64,000 bases of DNA, from assembly GCF_001194135.2 (NCBI RefSeq), contig NC_068985.1, positions 30,828,829-30,892,828 of the forward strand, read 5' to 3'. The notes beneath the pieces are model-generated. The model had not been told where the DNA came from. It ran no database searches and was given only the letters and a program-made list of their open reading frames with translations. Below are positions 10,900 to 24,037 of this stretch, one piece after another. Within the stretch, counting starts at the first letter, position 1; each line of letters opens with the position of its first letter. This DNA is from Octopus bimaculoides. Its lineage: Eukaryota. The position numbers and the translations under genes are program-made.

Positions 10900-13350
10900 A
10901 AATTTGTTGAAATCGCTTCACAGCGGACTATTTTTTTCATCTCCAAACTGCTTGGCGTAAGAACACTTGAGTAGTGCTTCGCCTATTAACCTTCGCCGAT
11001 TAACATGGCGAACATGTTTGCGTACAGGTGGTCTTGGCTGCCTCTTAGCCTGTTATTTTATTTGGATTTATCCCTTTTTCTTACTGCCCAGGCGAGACGA
11101 TTCGGTTCAAATTCTAAGACCATTCATCTGCCAGAAACAGGGTCAGATTTATACAATGTTGATGATAGAACTCGTATATTGAAAGTGGACCCGAATTTCG
11201 ACAAGAATCGAGCGATGTCTATGCTCTCACCAGACGAGACATTTAATAACGATAATGTTGGTGATAATAAAATACGAAAGAAGCGTGAAGCGTCGTCGCC
11301 TTTTCTTACTAACATGACTACAGAGGTAAGAATTTTTCACAGTTTCTCTTTATTGCTTCCTGTCGTTTGGCCGGTTAAAGCAACCAATTCCTTACCTCAT
11401 GTTTGTATTCTTCAGCACCCTGACGTCAGGCTCATTATCTATGTCTTGTGTATCTATGTTTACTATAACTTGATACTGTCGATTTTTAGTCTTACTATTT
11501 TATCTAGTTTTATTGCCTCTTTTTTTGCCTTTTTATTTACTCTACCAGTGAGAAATAATTGTCATAAATCTTATTCCCGCTGCCGCTTCTTTTTGTTGTC
11601 ATTTTTGTGATTATGATTGTTGTAGTCAAGGCGTTCACCCAGATTATCGAAGACGACTGCCCAACAATGTAAATATTGTTTTCCTTCCCACTATTATTGC
11701 TCAACACACGCAGAACGGTTTTAATCCATATGTAAATAATCCGTCCTTAGTTCCTCCTTGCTCAACTAAAATTATTATTTTTTTATCAGTTAATTAAACG
11801 AGTAAGAAAAAATTTGCTATGTATGGTAAATTTTTATTTATCTGGAAAACCAACTCGCTACTTTGTATATCACTAAATATTTTCTTTCGATTTTTGATGT
11901 GTACATGAACACACATACGCACACATATCGAGAATAATGTATTCATCTGTGTTGTCTTGATTACGATTGTCTAATACCTGATATTTTTGTGTGTTCTGTA
12001 AGTCTTACGTTGATAATAATATTACTTACATACTTACTAGTGATTAGTTTATGTTCTAAATTTTTTGAGTAATTTTATTCATTATATTAAGGTGTTCTGC
12101 ACGGCGTGCACCGCTTTCTTGTTTTATATTTTACCGACTGGTTATGTAAGTAGATGCATCTTTGGTCCATTGAGGTGGACCCTGAAATTCCGAGGAAAGG
12201 CAAAACAAAAATTTAGTAGAATCATATGTAATACCAATTTGAATTTTAATTGGTACTGTTTAATTATAATTACAAATTGTTTCATCCCAGTTTGACTGGT
12301 TTGATGGAACGTGGCGAAAGTGCTAGAAGAATCTAAATTATTTACCTATAGAACTTCTCTGTTGTCAAGACAAAAGCATGTCAGACAACTATGACGGTTC
12401 CGCTGAAGGATGCTGATATACATAAAAGGCAAGGATGAAGACATTTCTTATAATAGGAGAGGTATACGTATTGATATATTCGTGTCGCAAAATGAAATTT
12501 GTGACTGGAGTAATAACCATAGACTGTAAACTACCAAAGATCCAGAAATTAGGCATGAAAGCCCTGTACAGTTACATAAAGAAAGGAAGATAAAAATCAT
12601 ATTTAAATGCGTATTTCATTCAAACAAATAAAAACATCCCCCTCCTTCTGTCTCGTTGAGAAGGTTTATTGTATATATCGTAAACAATCTAAAAATAACT
12701 ACAATTCAGTGGAATTCCCAATTTTTTTCACACTTTCTTTACCCGCTGTTTGTGACGCCGATTCAAAATTGTTTCGTTCACCAAACCTCCTTTCCGAACA
12801 CGTCAAAAATAAGAAAATGAATGTCAAGTGGTAAGTCGAGCAGGACAAGTGGTCAGAATAAATTCGTGACAGTTCGTGGTGAGAGCATCACATCATTGCT
12901 CTCTATAGCAATTTGAATGAATTCCATTGACAGGAAAGGAAAAAAACAAAAACAAAAAAAACGTACCGAAATGAGAGAGATAGCTACGTTTGTACGAATT
13001 GTGGTTGGCTCCACTACGCGACCAAATATCCTTCAGATCATATTCTATTGTTTTGAGGGAAGAAAAGAAGGTAAAAAACAAACAAACAAACAAAAAATAA
13101 ACAATATAGTCTTAGATATACCATGTCTCATAATAAATAGATTTAAAAGGGATGATATTGCTCGGACGACTTTGACCACAGTTCAGGTGATTCAAGGCTG
13201 ACTTATGATTTAAAAAAAAACCCATCAAATCTCTTATAGCGGTCTTTGAATGTAGTTCTTTCACTTTAATCTATCAAGAACGAGTATCCAGGAAATAACG
13301 ACCCGAATGAACATCGAAAAGATTCAAAGCTCGATATATTCTGTCCGTCT
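10900..13350 (+). promoter_or_regulatory. Putative SORL1 promoter/5' region: CpG-retaining, TE-free zone
   Basis: About 23 CpGs counted by hand in 10921-11340, versus none seen in 45001-45570. No recognisable TE between about 10580 and 13350. TSS not located. Confidence 0.5.
11005..11325 (+). CDS. SORL1: SORL1/SorLA coding exon 1 (signal peptide, propeptide, furin site)
   Basis: ATG at 11005 (aacATGg) with an in-frame upstream TAA at 10987-10989. Hydrophobic signal peptide (WSWLPLSLLFYLDLSLFLTAQA) and RKKR furin motif (11275-11286) matching RRKR of vertebrate SORL1. Donor GAG|GTAAG; 321 bp, phase 0, joins exon 2 in frame. Confidence 0.9.
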
Positions 13351-13354
13351 GTCT

Positions 13355-13635
13355 ATTTTGGGCAAGTGTCTTGCGCGACAATCCCCAGGCCAACTAAGTG
13401 GATTTGGTTGGCAGAAACTGTGCAGAAGCCCAGTGTATGTATGTCTTTGTATTTGTCCCTCACTGCTTGAAAACTGACATTGATTTTTGTATGTCTGTAA
13501 TCTAGTGGTTCAACAAAAAGAGAGCTATGGAAATAAGTATCAAATTTCAAAATAAGCACTAGAATCGATTTGATTGACAAAACCTTTCAAGGCAGTGCCT
13601 CAGCATGACTACAGTTCAATGACTGAAGCTGGTAC
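13355..13635 (+). mobile_element. SINE family A, headless decayed copy
   Basis: ttgggcaagtgtctt...gaaactgtgcagaagccc...aataagtatc...cagttcaatgactgaa. Confidence 0.65.
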
Positions 13636-14241
13636 CATTTCAGCTCTAAGTAAACCCATGATCAGACACATTCCAACTATGACCACCTCATCTTTGTGTA
13701 TATCAGAGACTACATTGTCCAATGTTTCCTCCCTTTTTATAAAATTTTATTTAAGCCTCCAGTGTTTTTGTTATCACTCTGAAATGTCTCAGATGACTCA
13801 ATTTTCTCTGCCAATTCCACACTTTCATCTACCAGGATGTCATCAATATACAAACCAGTTTCCTGCTCCACCCTGGCCTCTTTTCCTCGAATTGCTCTTA
13901 GTAATTTAAGTACACACAAGAATTACATCAGCTTTTCATTTCTTAATGTGACAAATTTCTTTGGCTTTCTGTGACTTGATCATTTAGCATAGTTTCACTG
14001 CATCTGTTGAAAATCACTCACTGACAATATTTTATGAATCTCAGTCAGATGGGAAATTTCTTTCTCTGTGTGTGTGTTTTTTTTATAAAAAATTTTGGAC
14101 CTGTACTGCTGTTTGAACTTTTGACACAAGGGCCCAAAGCAGTCATTTCTGAATGATTTTTGACTTTGTAGTGCACTGAAGATTAAAAAAAGAAAATTGG
14201 CATACTTTGTATGTAATGTTAAAAAAAAAAAAAAGCTAAAG

Positions 14242-14558
14242 TCATCATCATCATCATCATCATCATCNNNNNNNNNNTTTAACGTCTGCTTTCCATGCTA
14301 GCATGGGTTGGACGATTTGACTGAGGGCTGGTGAAACCAGATGGCTACACCAGGCTCCAATCTGATTTGGCAGAGTTTCTACAGCTGGATGCCCTTCCTA
14401 ACGCCAACCACTCAGAGAGTGTAGTGGGTGCTTTTACGTGTCACCCGCACGAAGGCCAGTCAGGCAGTACTGGCAACAGCCATGCTCAAAATGGTGTATT
14501 TCATGTGCCACCCGCACAAGAGCCAGTCCAGGGACACTGGCAACGATCTCGCTCGAAA
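14242..14558 (-). mobile_element. RTE 3'UTR-only copy (spans a 10-N gap)
   Basis: Near-identical to the 3' ends of the copies at 6442 and 39341; (ATC)n tail on the + strand. Confidence 0.88.
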
Positions 14559-15065
14559 ATAGAAAAGTATTGCTTACTTTATATTATTAATCATATTTAC
14601 GTATAAATAGAATTGTAGATAACATTTTCAAAACACTCAAGCATTAGTATGGATTTTCTAAATCTTTAAATTACATTTTTTTTAAATCCACAACATACCT
14701 GAATATCCTTTGTGGTGGATTGAGAACCACTGATCAATAGTCTTGTTTAGTTTGAATTTTGTTTCCTCTCTGTCTCTATCATATATTTATTCATTCAATT
14801 CAATATCATTATTACTTCTCCTGTTCTGCAAATACTTATAAATTTTTTTTTCCTCCTAAGGGTTATTTTGAAACATTTGGAGGTGTTTTTTTGTTCACTA
14901 TTCATATATATAAAACTTGTCTCACAAACTATGTTTGAAATATCAAGGCAATCTAATGTTTGCCAGGCAGGTCATAGTGTCATTGAAATTAAACTAATAT
15001 TGAAACAGATACGAAATAGAGTTGGTTTTTGTGATTGTACAAGCATGTTTCTTTTGATATTTTAA

Positions 15066-15282
15066 CCCTTTAGCATTCAGATTCTTTCAAATGTAATGCT
15101 TTTTCATTCACATTGTATTTAATTAATCACACATTATCTCATAGTTTTGAAATTTTGATGATGTGATTGTATATTTTTACAATAGCATTGAAAGGTAGGT
15201 GTGATAAGCTGCATCTGGCTAGCTAGAACATAAAACAGGTAGCCTATTTGAGCCGGATATGTCTGGTTTAAGTACTAACAGG
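15066..15282 (+). mobile_element. piggyBac-like MITE with TTAA flanks
   Basis: TTAA-ccctttagcat ... agtactaacagg-TTAA; homologous to 24835-25043 in the opposite orientation. Confidence 0.78.
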
Positions 15283-16189
15283 TTAAACCATTAAAATTAC
15301 TACTGTATTGTAAGCTAACCTTACTCTCCACACAGTAGGGGTAAGGATAGCTCCTTAGAAGTTCCATTGTTAGCTCATAAACACTTTAGTTTAACTAAGT
15401 GGAGACAAAGTTCTTTTGTAAGTCCATTGCAGAATGTGGAAGATACTTTTGTGAATAAACGAGTGTAGCTTAATCAGGAGATAAATAGATTAGTCACTAG
15501 AATTAATAATGGTAGTAATAATGGTTTGATTAGTATAAATTAGATTTGAAATAAATGTATTAGATATTTATGGCTGCTGTGCCACAAGATGAAGTAGAGA
15601 TAATGGTTTGATTGGCCTTGACTGAAAGGTCCATGTCTACTTTATCTCACAGGACACAAACATGCACTCATTTTATTTCTAACCAAGAGTTTAACTAAAG
15701 TAAATAGATGAGTAATATGTCTTACAGTCTTGTAACATTGCATTTTAACCCATTATCTAAACAACATGGCTATCAAGTCTCTTGCCAGTGTAACACATTT
15801 GATATTAATATTACATAAAAATAGGTTGCATTTTTTTCTTCAAGAAAATTTGGCTTATATTTCATCCTGTCAGAATCTCGAAAATATACTTTGGGGCTTT
15901 ATACTTCTGAATTCAAATTCTACTGGTTTGAGCTTTTGCTTTTCTTCTCTCCAGGGTTGATAAAATAGCTACTAGGAGTTTATAGTTAGAACAATTGATT
16001 ATATTGCTCATCTCCTGTAAAAATGGCCTTTGTGTGTAGTCAAAAGAAACTGAGAGCAAAAATGGCCTAATCAATAGGATATAAGGCAACCGGCCAAGAG
16101 ATTGGTAGACTGTAGTTGTATTGTAAAATTGTTTGGTTTTATATCTTTGCTTGAAAAATTTCAATACTAAGTATTTCTTAGATGGAACT

Positions 16190-16620
16190 GAAATTCCTCA
16201 AGTTTCTAACCCTTCTGTCTTGGGAATTCTTGTAAGTGACAATTGAGCTAAAGTTGCTTCTGAAGATTTTCATGCAATGTACTTGATCCTTAAAACTTTT
16301 CAGTCATGAGGCTAAAACCTTTTGTTTGAAAATGTTTAAAACTTATACCTGTCCTCAGGTTGAGTTTGTCTCGAAAGTCTGATGTTTGGTGAGTGTAAGA
16401 GCAATCTTTGGAGTGTAGTGTTTGCAGGTATGCAAGGTAGATTTTGAAGCGGAGAAAAGGATGCATTTTTGAGAAGATATGTCAAGTGCATACCATGTGG
16501 AGTTTGCTGCAAAGGCTTTCTCCATGGGTTTACTTTTCACAGAATCATCATTGATGTGAGGTGGAGAGAAAGGGAGTTCTGTAAAATTTAACTGTCCCCT
16601 TTCCAAAATGTTAAAAAAAA
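16190..16620. mobile_element. Highly decayed Jockey/CR1-group LINE remnants
   Basis: + strand KMFKTYTCPQVEFVSKV* resembles LYKxxIRPxxEYxSxxW; minus strand EKAFAANST resembles the pre-RT KAxxxAxxFxxNST motif. Confidence 0.35.
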
Positions 16621-16994
16621 ATTGTTTCTATATTTATGCATAAGAAATTGTATCAGGCTTTACAAGTTAAAACACCAAGGCTGTCTTAAGACGTGGGCAC
16701 ACTAGGCAGTTACCCAGAGGCTCCTTGGGTCTAGGGACCCAGTCCAAACCTATGTATATAGTGGCTTGCTGTCAATAAATAATAAATACTACAGAACCCA
16801 CTGCACTGATTTGCCCAGGAGCCTTCAATGCAGCTATGGTGACTCTGGATAACACCATACATTTCTAATGTCATATCTAATTCCTCTGTTATGGTTACTA
16901 GCTTTCATCTTGAAAATTCTTCTTCTTCTCCTCCTCCTCCTCCTCCTCATCATCATCATCATCATAAGATGTGTCAAGCTAAGTAAAATCACTG

Positions 16995-17212
16995 TCTCCC
17001 ACACATACAGGCATAAACACACCCATGCCAGTGGCACGTAAAAAGCACCCAGCGCACTCTATTAAGTAGTTGGCACCAGGAAGGGCATCCAACTGTAGAA
17101 GCTATGCCACAACAGACAATTGGAGTCTGGACAGCTCCCAGCTGGCCAGCTCCATGTCAATGTCCAACCCATGCCAGCATAGAAAGTGGATGTTAAACGA
17201 TGATGATGATTA
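16995..17212 (+). mobile_element. RTE 3' terminal module
   Basis: atgccagtggcacgtaaaaagcaccc...aagggcatcc...gttaaacgatgatgat. Confidence 0.8.
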
Positions 17213-17279
17213 TTAATGCAACCTAGCAGAATCATTATTATGCCTGACAAAATGATTAACAACATTTTTTTCTAGCTTT

Positions 17280-17590
17280 ACATTCTAAGTCCACTGAGGT
17301 TGACTTTGCCTTTCATCCTTTCAGGGTCAATAAAATATGTACCTGTTGAGCACAAGGAAGCAGGGATCTAATGTAATCAGTTTGGCCTTTTCTCCAAAGT
17401 TTCAGGCCTTGTACCTATAGTAGAAAAAAAAAAGAAAATATTAATGCTTTTTTACATTCTAAATCCTGCCAAGTTCAACTTTATATTTCATTTTTATGGG
17501 TTTGATAAAATCAAAATACTAGTTATGTTAATATAATTTTCTTCTCTCTCAAAAGTTGTGACCTTGTGCCATGTTAGAAATTGTTATTAA
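17280..17590 (+). mobile_element. Two tandem decayed SINE family B 3' halves
   Basis: Repeated gttgactttgcctttcatcctttcagggtcaataaaa...ggccttgt(a/g)cc motif. Confidence 0.65.
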
Positions 17591-18149
17591 TATTAGTATT
17601 AATGGCATTTCTCCTACTTAGATCTGGGTGACTTTACCTGTCTGTCATTTCTTAAAGATTCTTTGTAAGCCAATTTTATCTTCTAGCAGCCTAATTATTT
17701 ATGTCACTTAATCAACGCAGCATTTAGCTTTTAATCTAAAGCAAGCAAACATATCTTGATCAGACCTATTGTCAAAGTAGTATACATGTTATGTATGAAA
17801 CGCTACCACTTTATATATGCTTAATTATGCACATGCTTGTATAAGTATACATTTTTTGGATTGCTGTGCACTTCTGAAACTATTAACTCTTGTATATGGG
17901 TTAATAACTCTTCTAATGGGATTAATTAGTCTTAATCACTATTTGTGTTTGTTTATCTGTACTTATAGCTGTATTTGTCTTCATTTTTTTTCTTTAAGAG
18001 AAAATAGTCTGTGAAAGTAACTTTTTAAAACTTGTATGGATTTTGTATTTCTGTTTTGTTATATATCATGCTTATTGTGGTTAATTGTTATGTCAGCTTG
18101 AAACTGATACAGGAATGTCTTTCTGTAAGTAGCGAGGGAATTCCTTTCA

Positions 18150-18450
18150 AGTACAGTAGAAAAACTGAAATATATTAATATCATCAAACAACATATTATG
18201 CATATTATATGTGTGACTGTCAAAAGTAAAAATTTTATTAACATAAGCCATTTTTGGTGGTCAGTAGCCTCCTCATAGTATAGATTCTTACACTGCTTAG
18301 GAAAGAAAAATAAAGTGTAGGAAACTTTAGAATGACTGTATGACAGGTCCACCATTATTCTTTGACATATATCCATACAGTTTTCAACTGTAAAAGAATG
18401 GTGTTTCCAAGAAAAGTCATACTGTTCATTAGCCAGATCTTTGCAATGAC
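18150..18450 (-). mobile_element. Possible piggyBac transposase remnant
   Basis: MVDLS...KWLMLIKFLLLTV weakly resembles the piggyBac GGVDxxD...KWxxxLFFxLL region. Confidence 0.25.
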
Positions 18451-19213
18451 TTGGGTAGTATTCTAGCAAATTGCGATATCGGATATGGTGATCTGATTTC
18501 TAGATATTCCTGCTACACGAGTATCACCACTTCTCAGATGTTAAAGCTCTGCATTCTTTCCTGCTGTTGTAAACTTGCTTCTTTATTACAAGAATTGCGC
18601 TGCACAAGCATTAGTAGATTGAACTTAGCTTTTATGTTATGATTACTACTCCTGGGAAGAGTTAGATCACACTCAGGCTTGAAAATATATAATATGCAAT
18701 TACGTACACACTTATGCAATTACATATACACTTATACAGAGCTGGTGCACCAGCTTGCTGGTTGCTTGTAGTTGTATTTAAATTCAAGTTGACAGTTATC
18801 AATCTTGTGTTTATTCAAAGACAAAAACGCAGCCACTAAATAATATTAATAGCTGAAGTACTATTTTTTATTTGTTTGTTTTTATCAAGAATATAGGAAT
18901 GCAAAACTATTTTTGCTGCTGATATCAACTACTGCTGTTGATAATTCTTGAATATGTCAAATATTCACCAGCTTTTTTTTTATATTAGTTTTAGTAAACC
19001 AAATTTTTCATTTCTAGATGAAGCCATTTTACTTCTCATGACACACTTTGCATTCCCCACTCTTAAATCTCAGGTGTCTCTAATGTAGAAACTTAACTTT
19101 GTTTCTTACATATTGAGCAATGTTATCTGCTAATGTGTGTGTATGTGTGGTACAGAAATCAAAGTGTCAATCAAATTTCTTATATGTTATACTGACCACT
19201 AATAATATACATA

Positions 19214-20350
19214 TAGGGTGTTCAGGCTAAATTTGACAGTTTACATAAAAGGAAAAGAAAACACACTATCTCATCCAAAAAGTCTTTTAAAATAATCAGA
19301 AAATATCAACTTGATTATGGCTGAGAGATAAGAAAGTAGCTGCTCTCAGCTTGCACCATGGTCTTGAGATGGCTCTAGAATTTGGTGCATTCATTCCTCA
19401 CTGTGTCCTTGGAAAGATCTTCAAACACTTACTTGGTCTTGGCTTTGGTGTTGCTGACAGAGCAGTTGGTGTCTTTCTCAACTGTATCTGATACATCCAT
19501 GGGATTACAATTGAGTGAATTAGGAGGCCAGAAATTGGGGTTGGTTAAGTTTTAGAAATTCTCTGACAACCACTTCTGACTCATTCTGGAGATATGGCAA
19601 GAAGCAGAATCTCAAAGGTAGAATATATATGGCCTTCCAGCAGCAACCCTCTCCAGTCAGGGTTTGACCACAATCTCCATCAGCTTCACATAGCCATCTG
19701 AATTGAGCCTAAGGCCCTATTCAAAGATGTGGGGCAACATGATGTCACCTTCACTGGAGACATTCAAAGACCATCACAGTTTGGGGGATCTTGGTTTTCA
19801 TGGTAAATGGGTCATCACATGGATTGTAAGCAAACCACCTGTTGTTCAGGGTATTGTGCAACTGCTTCTGGCAGAAGTTCTTTTCACCTAAGAACCAAAT
19901 CATCCTCAGCTCAAGAGGATGCCTCAGCTTGTTCAGGAGCTTCTCTGCTTTTGTCACATGGTTCTCCTTGGCCTTGCTTGTCAGAATTTGTCCTTTAAAC
20001 CTCTTGTACGAATTGTAGTTAAGATCCTTATTCATAGTCTCTGTTGCAGTTGTTGTCCATCAAAGAGCATTGAGCAATAGTCATCATGTTGGCATTTTGA
20101 TACCTGGCATGAATCATCATGACACAGATAACTCTTCTCCAATATTCAGATGGCTTCCAGTCCTCCATGTCAGCTAACTTTTTCTCAACTACAACTTTTT
20201 TCATACTCTGCATGTATGTGCCTAGAAAGCAATGTCTAAATATCAAGAGTTGTTGATCTGGGTTTATGACATTCAACTGAAACTCCAAAAGTTATTGCTA
20301 CAACTGCAAAGCCTCAGAATTTCTGATGATCTTTCTCAGCAACCCCCTTA
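19214..20350 (-). mobile_element. Decayed maT/DD37D-like Tc1/mariner transposon
   Basis: KLLNKLRHP...IWFLGEKNFCQ..HN..NNRW...KTKIPQTVMVF transposase motif; left end TA-tagggtgtt. A matching right TIR was not identified. Confidence 0.75.
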
Positions 20351-21149
20351 TACATAACATTGTTAAAACTGCATCCCAAAGACACTCTTTCTGTTCATGG
20401 TTAGTTGGTGATTCCATTTAAAGCTTAAGTCATACCTTCACTGGAATACTGCTGTCATATCTGGGACAGTATTACTGCTAAATTATTAAACATCTTTGGC
20501 TGCACTCAGTTAAGGGATGTCTGAGTAATTGGTTAAAACTCACTCACCATTACACTACAATTGCTGTCATGCAATGTAGTGTCTCAACTACAACAGCCTC
20601 TGCTTCTCTGGACAGGCTAGTTGTATACCACCTCCACACAACAGTGGCCCACCCATTTTGTCCTTCATTCATTCATTCATTTTCTTTCCTTCCTTCGCAG
20701 AGCATCATTTATCTGGAATTTCCTTCCCACCCACTATTTCCTTATAGACATCAAGTTATAAGTGTTTAAGTTGAATATCAACTGTATCAGTCTCTCTAAT
20801 CCCAGATGATCTGTGAAGGTGTCGGGCAATACTCTTTCTCCTGAAGCTGTAAAACAAATAAAACATTAAAAGATATTCAAAGTGCCACAAAATTTTCTTT
20901 TCCTTAGCAACCACTGCTTTCTGGAAGTCTCTTACCTTTAATGTAAATGAACATTACATAGAAAACTTTTTGAAAGAAAATAGCTTCAACAGAATGGGCT
21001 TTTATAGTATCATCCTATGTCTCTCAGTGTTGCATCACTTTATCTGTGAAGCACAAAATTCTGAAATTTTACCCATCTACTTCATCTCAGATTTTCCTTA
21101 GTCTGTATTTAATGTATGTATATATTTCTGCTCAGTGAAACAGGGAATG

Positions 21150-21715
21150 CTTTAAAAATAATGAAGAGAGATAATACTCCAGGAAAAGATGATGTGACAA
21201 TCAAAATGTTATGGAGTGGAGGGTAGCAGTTGTGAAAAATCCTCATTGTATGTCACAACTGATAATTGAATGAAGAAAAATGAAGAATGAAGAAAAATAT
21301 TTCTGTTGTGGAAGGAGTTGAATATTATTTTGCTTTATAAGAAGAATGATAGGAAATATCTGAGAAGCTATTGCTCCATAGGCCTCTTGTCTCACTTCTA
21401 CAAACTGTTTACAAAGTCATTGTTACCAAACTATCAAAACATCTCAGTGACCAACAGTCGAACAAGCATGCAGAGTTTTAAATGAACTACAGCACAATAG
21501 ACCACATATTCATTCTAACAGAGCTTTTAGAACGAGTGGAAACTACCCCCATATGTGAACTTTATTGATTATGTAAATGCTTTTGAAAGTGTCAAGGTGA
21601 ATGCAGTACTGAAATCTCTGGAGATTCCAGGAGTTGAGGCACAATACATCAAACTTCTGAGTGAGGCAAACTTTGGATGTACCACTGACATAGTTCTGCT
21701 GCCATGACTGTAAGG
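21150..21715 (+). mobile_element. Decayed RTE RT N-terminal fragment (different family)
   Basis: PGKDDVTIKML, LLYKKND, LLSHFYKLFT, STIDHIF and FIDYVNAFESV motifs across frameshifts; interrupted by SINE A. Confidence 0.75.
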
Positions 21716-21719
21716 AACA

Positions 21720-21862
21720 GCTACAGACATGGCTGTATGGTTAAGAAACTCGCTTTGAAACCACAGGCTGTTGGGTTCACTCTCACTGAATGGCACCTTG
21801 AGCAAGTGTCTTCTGTTATAGCTGTGGGCCAACTAATGCTTTATGAATGAATTTGGTAGAGA
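21720..21862 (+). mobile_element. SINE family A, head and CORE-like part
   Basis: gacatggctgtatggttaagaa...gggttcactctcactgaatggcaccttgagcaagtgtctt. Confidence 0.75.
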
Positions 21863-21869
21863 TATATAT

Positions 21870-22200
21870 TCTTTTATTCTTTTACTTGTTTCAGTCATTT
21901 GACTGCAGCCATACTGGAGCACTGCCTTTAGTTGAACAAATCGACCCCAGAACTTATTCTTTGTAAGCCTAGTACTTATTCTATCGGTCTCATATGCTGA
22001 ACCGCTAAGTTATGGGATGTAAACACACCAACATTGGTTGTCAAGCGATGGTGGGGGACAAACACACACATACACAATGGGCTTCTTTCAGTTTCCATCT
22101 GCCAAATCTACTTACAAGGCTTTGGTTAGCCTGAGATTATAGTAGAAGACACTTGCCCAAGATGCCACGCGGTGGGACTGAACTTGGAACCATGTAGTTG
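21870..22200 (-). mobile_element. SINE family A, near full length
   Basis: Head, CORE-like and middle parts plus 3' tail ...gactgaaacaagtaaaagaataaaagaata on the minus strand. Confidence 0.82.
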
Positions 22201-22219
22201 GGATGTGTGTATATATTCC

Positions 22220-22420
22220 ACCCCATGCTGCCTGACAACTGGTGTTGGTTTGGTTATGTCCCCATGACTTAGGGCTTTGACAAAAGAGACTGATAGAAAT
22301 AAAATAAGTACCAAACTTAGAAAAGTTAGTACTGGGGTCAATTTGTTTGACCGATTCCTTCTAGACATTGTCCTGGCTAGGTTTCAGTCCAATGACTGAT
22401 ACAAATAAGAGATAAAAGAA
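22220..22420 (+). mobile_element. SINE family A, 3' half
   Basis: gacaactggtgttggt...aataagtacc...gtactggggtcaatttg...aatgactgatacaaataagagataaaagaa. Confidence 0.72.
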
Positions 22421-22929
22421 GCTTCTAAACGGTCACACTGCTGCCATCTTGAAAAGTAATGCTGTTCCAGATACACTATGTCAGAACAACAAAAAAACGT
22501 GAAACAGTCTCTGCTGGAATGCTTCTCATCATAGATTTTCTAAATGAGGACAAACATTGGTAGTGGTGGGACTAAACAGCAGCAGCAACATTGATCAGGG
22601 AACTGAAATAAATGAATATTCAAGAATATCTTAAGAAAGTAGAATGCAAAACCATTTTTTTTTATAGAAAAAATTAAATACAAAAGCCACATTGCAAAAT
22701 TACTCATAAAGATATTTACTTCTAATAGTCTCTGATTGGAAGGTGACAACTCTGGAGTTATTGAGAAGGTTAATTAGGTTGCAGACAAAAGACACATGAT
22801 GACTGTTTAGTTACAACTTAACTGGGATATTTGGGTCTGATTTCCTCTTGGCTCTTGTTTTTAATTTTCTTACATCATCTGTGTGTCTTCATTTTAATGT
22901 ATCTGTCTGTATATATGTGCGTTATCATT

Positions 22930-23280
22930 ACCATTTTTAATGTCTATTTTTCCATGCTTGCGTGGACTGGACAGAATTTGTTGAGGCAGATTCTCTTGCA
23001 AGTGGATGCCCTTCCTACTGCCAACTCTCACCTGTTTCCAAGCCAGGTGATATTCCCCTTAACCAAATATATTTTCATGGAAGATTGGTCAGTGACATTC
23101 ATTTACAGTTATCACATGAAGTCAAGACAAGGAGATAGTAACACACACACACACACATGCACACACACAGGTTTTGTCTACCAAATCCACTCACAAAGCT
23201 TTGATTGACCCAGGGCTATAGTATAAGACACTTGCCCATGGTGTTATGCAGCAAGATTAAACCAGAGTCCATTTGGTTAT
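22930..23280 (-). mobile_element. RTE-type 3' module plus SINE A fragment
   Basis: ggatgcccttcctactgcc (RTE tail) and gacacttgcccatggtg (SINE A CORE-like part, reverse). Confidence 0.6.
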
Positions 23281-24037
23281 ATGCATATATAAATAACTGA
23301 CTAAAGTCTTGATAGGCAGTGCCTCAGCAAGGCTGCTGTCCAATGGCTGAAATCAAAGAGAGAATAAAGGAACTACATTTGAACGTATGTGTGTATGTTT
23401 GCCCATAAATGCATAACTGATTACTAATGACTGTATTTTAATATAATTTCCTTGTGGTATATATCAATGTCAACTGAACACGACACACAGATATTTCTCT
23501 TATCTCTCTCTTTAGTTATGCTTTACTTGACACTAACCCTCATAAAACCAACTGATCAATCTACTGAAGAAGTTAAATATTTTCAAATTGCTGTTGCTAT
23601 TTACAGAAAACTTAGAAGTTTCAGCTCTCTGTTTCTGGCAGGTGATTATACGATAATCACTTTAGAATATACCAACACGATTGTTGTAGCTTCAGTCTTG
23701 CATAACCAATAAATGATTATGTAGTTACAATTATAGACATGGTTATAGCTGTGTTACCACCATTGCAATAACATAGCAGGTTATTAAATAAAAGATACAC
23801 TTAATTGCGTCTACTAACTGATTGGTTGACAGTTATCTCAATATTGACAGGTTATTTGTTTGGGAAGATGACATTTATTTTAATCTTACTCCCATGGAGC
23901 TTGAGTTTGATCAGAAAACTGCTGCTACTGCTATCATAATTTCAAATGTAAAGATTGGTACTAAATTATTGCAATTGCTGTTAGGATGTTAATCCCCTAA
24001 ATATATCATGTGTTACCTAATATTTATTATTAATATT

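Noticed and set aside
11326-11610. Extension of the 201-aa ORF beyond codon 107
   Set aside because: Read-through past a canonical GTAAG donor into low-complexity intron sequence; SORL1 homology resumes in exon 2. Intron retention cannot be excluded but there is no evidence for it.
14331-14606. Recurrent MKPDG.TRLQSDLAEFLQLDALPNANHSES ORF (also 6551, 36947, 39367)
   Set aside because: Antisense reading of the RTE 3'UTR; it recurs because the repeat does, not because it is a gene family.
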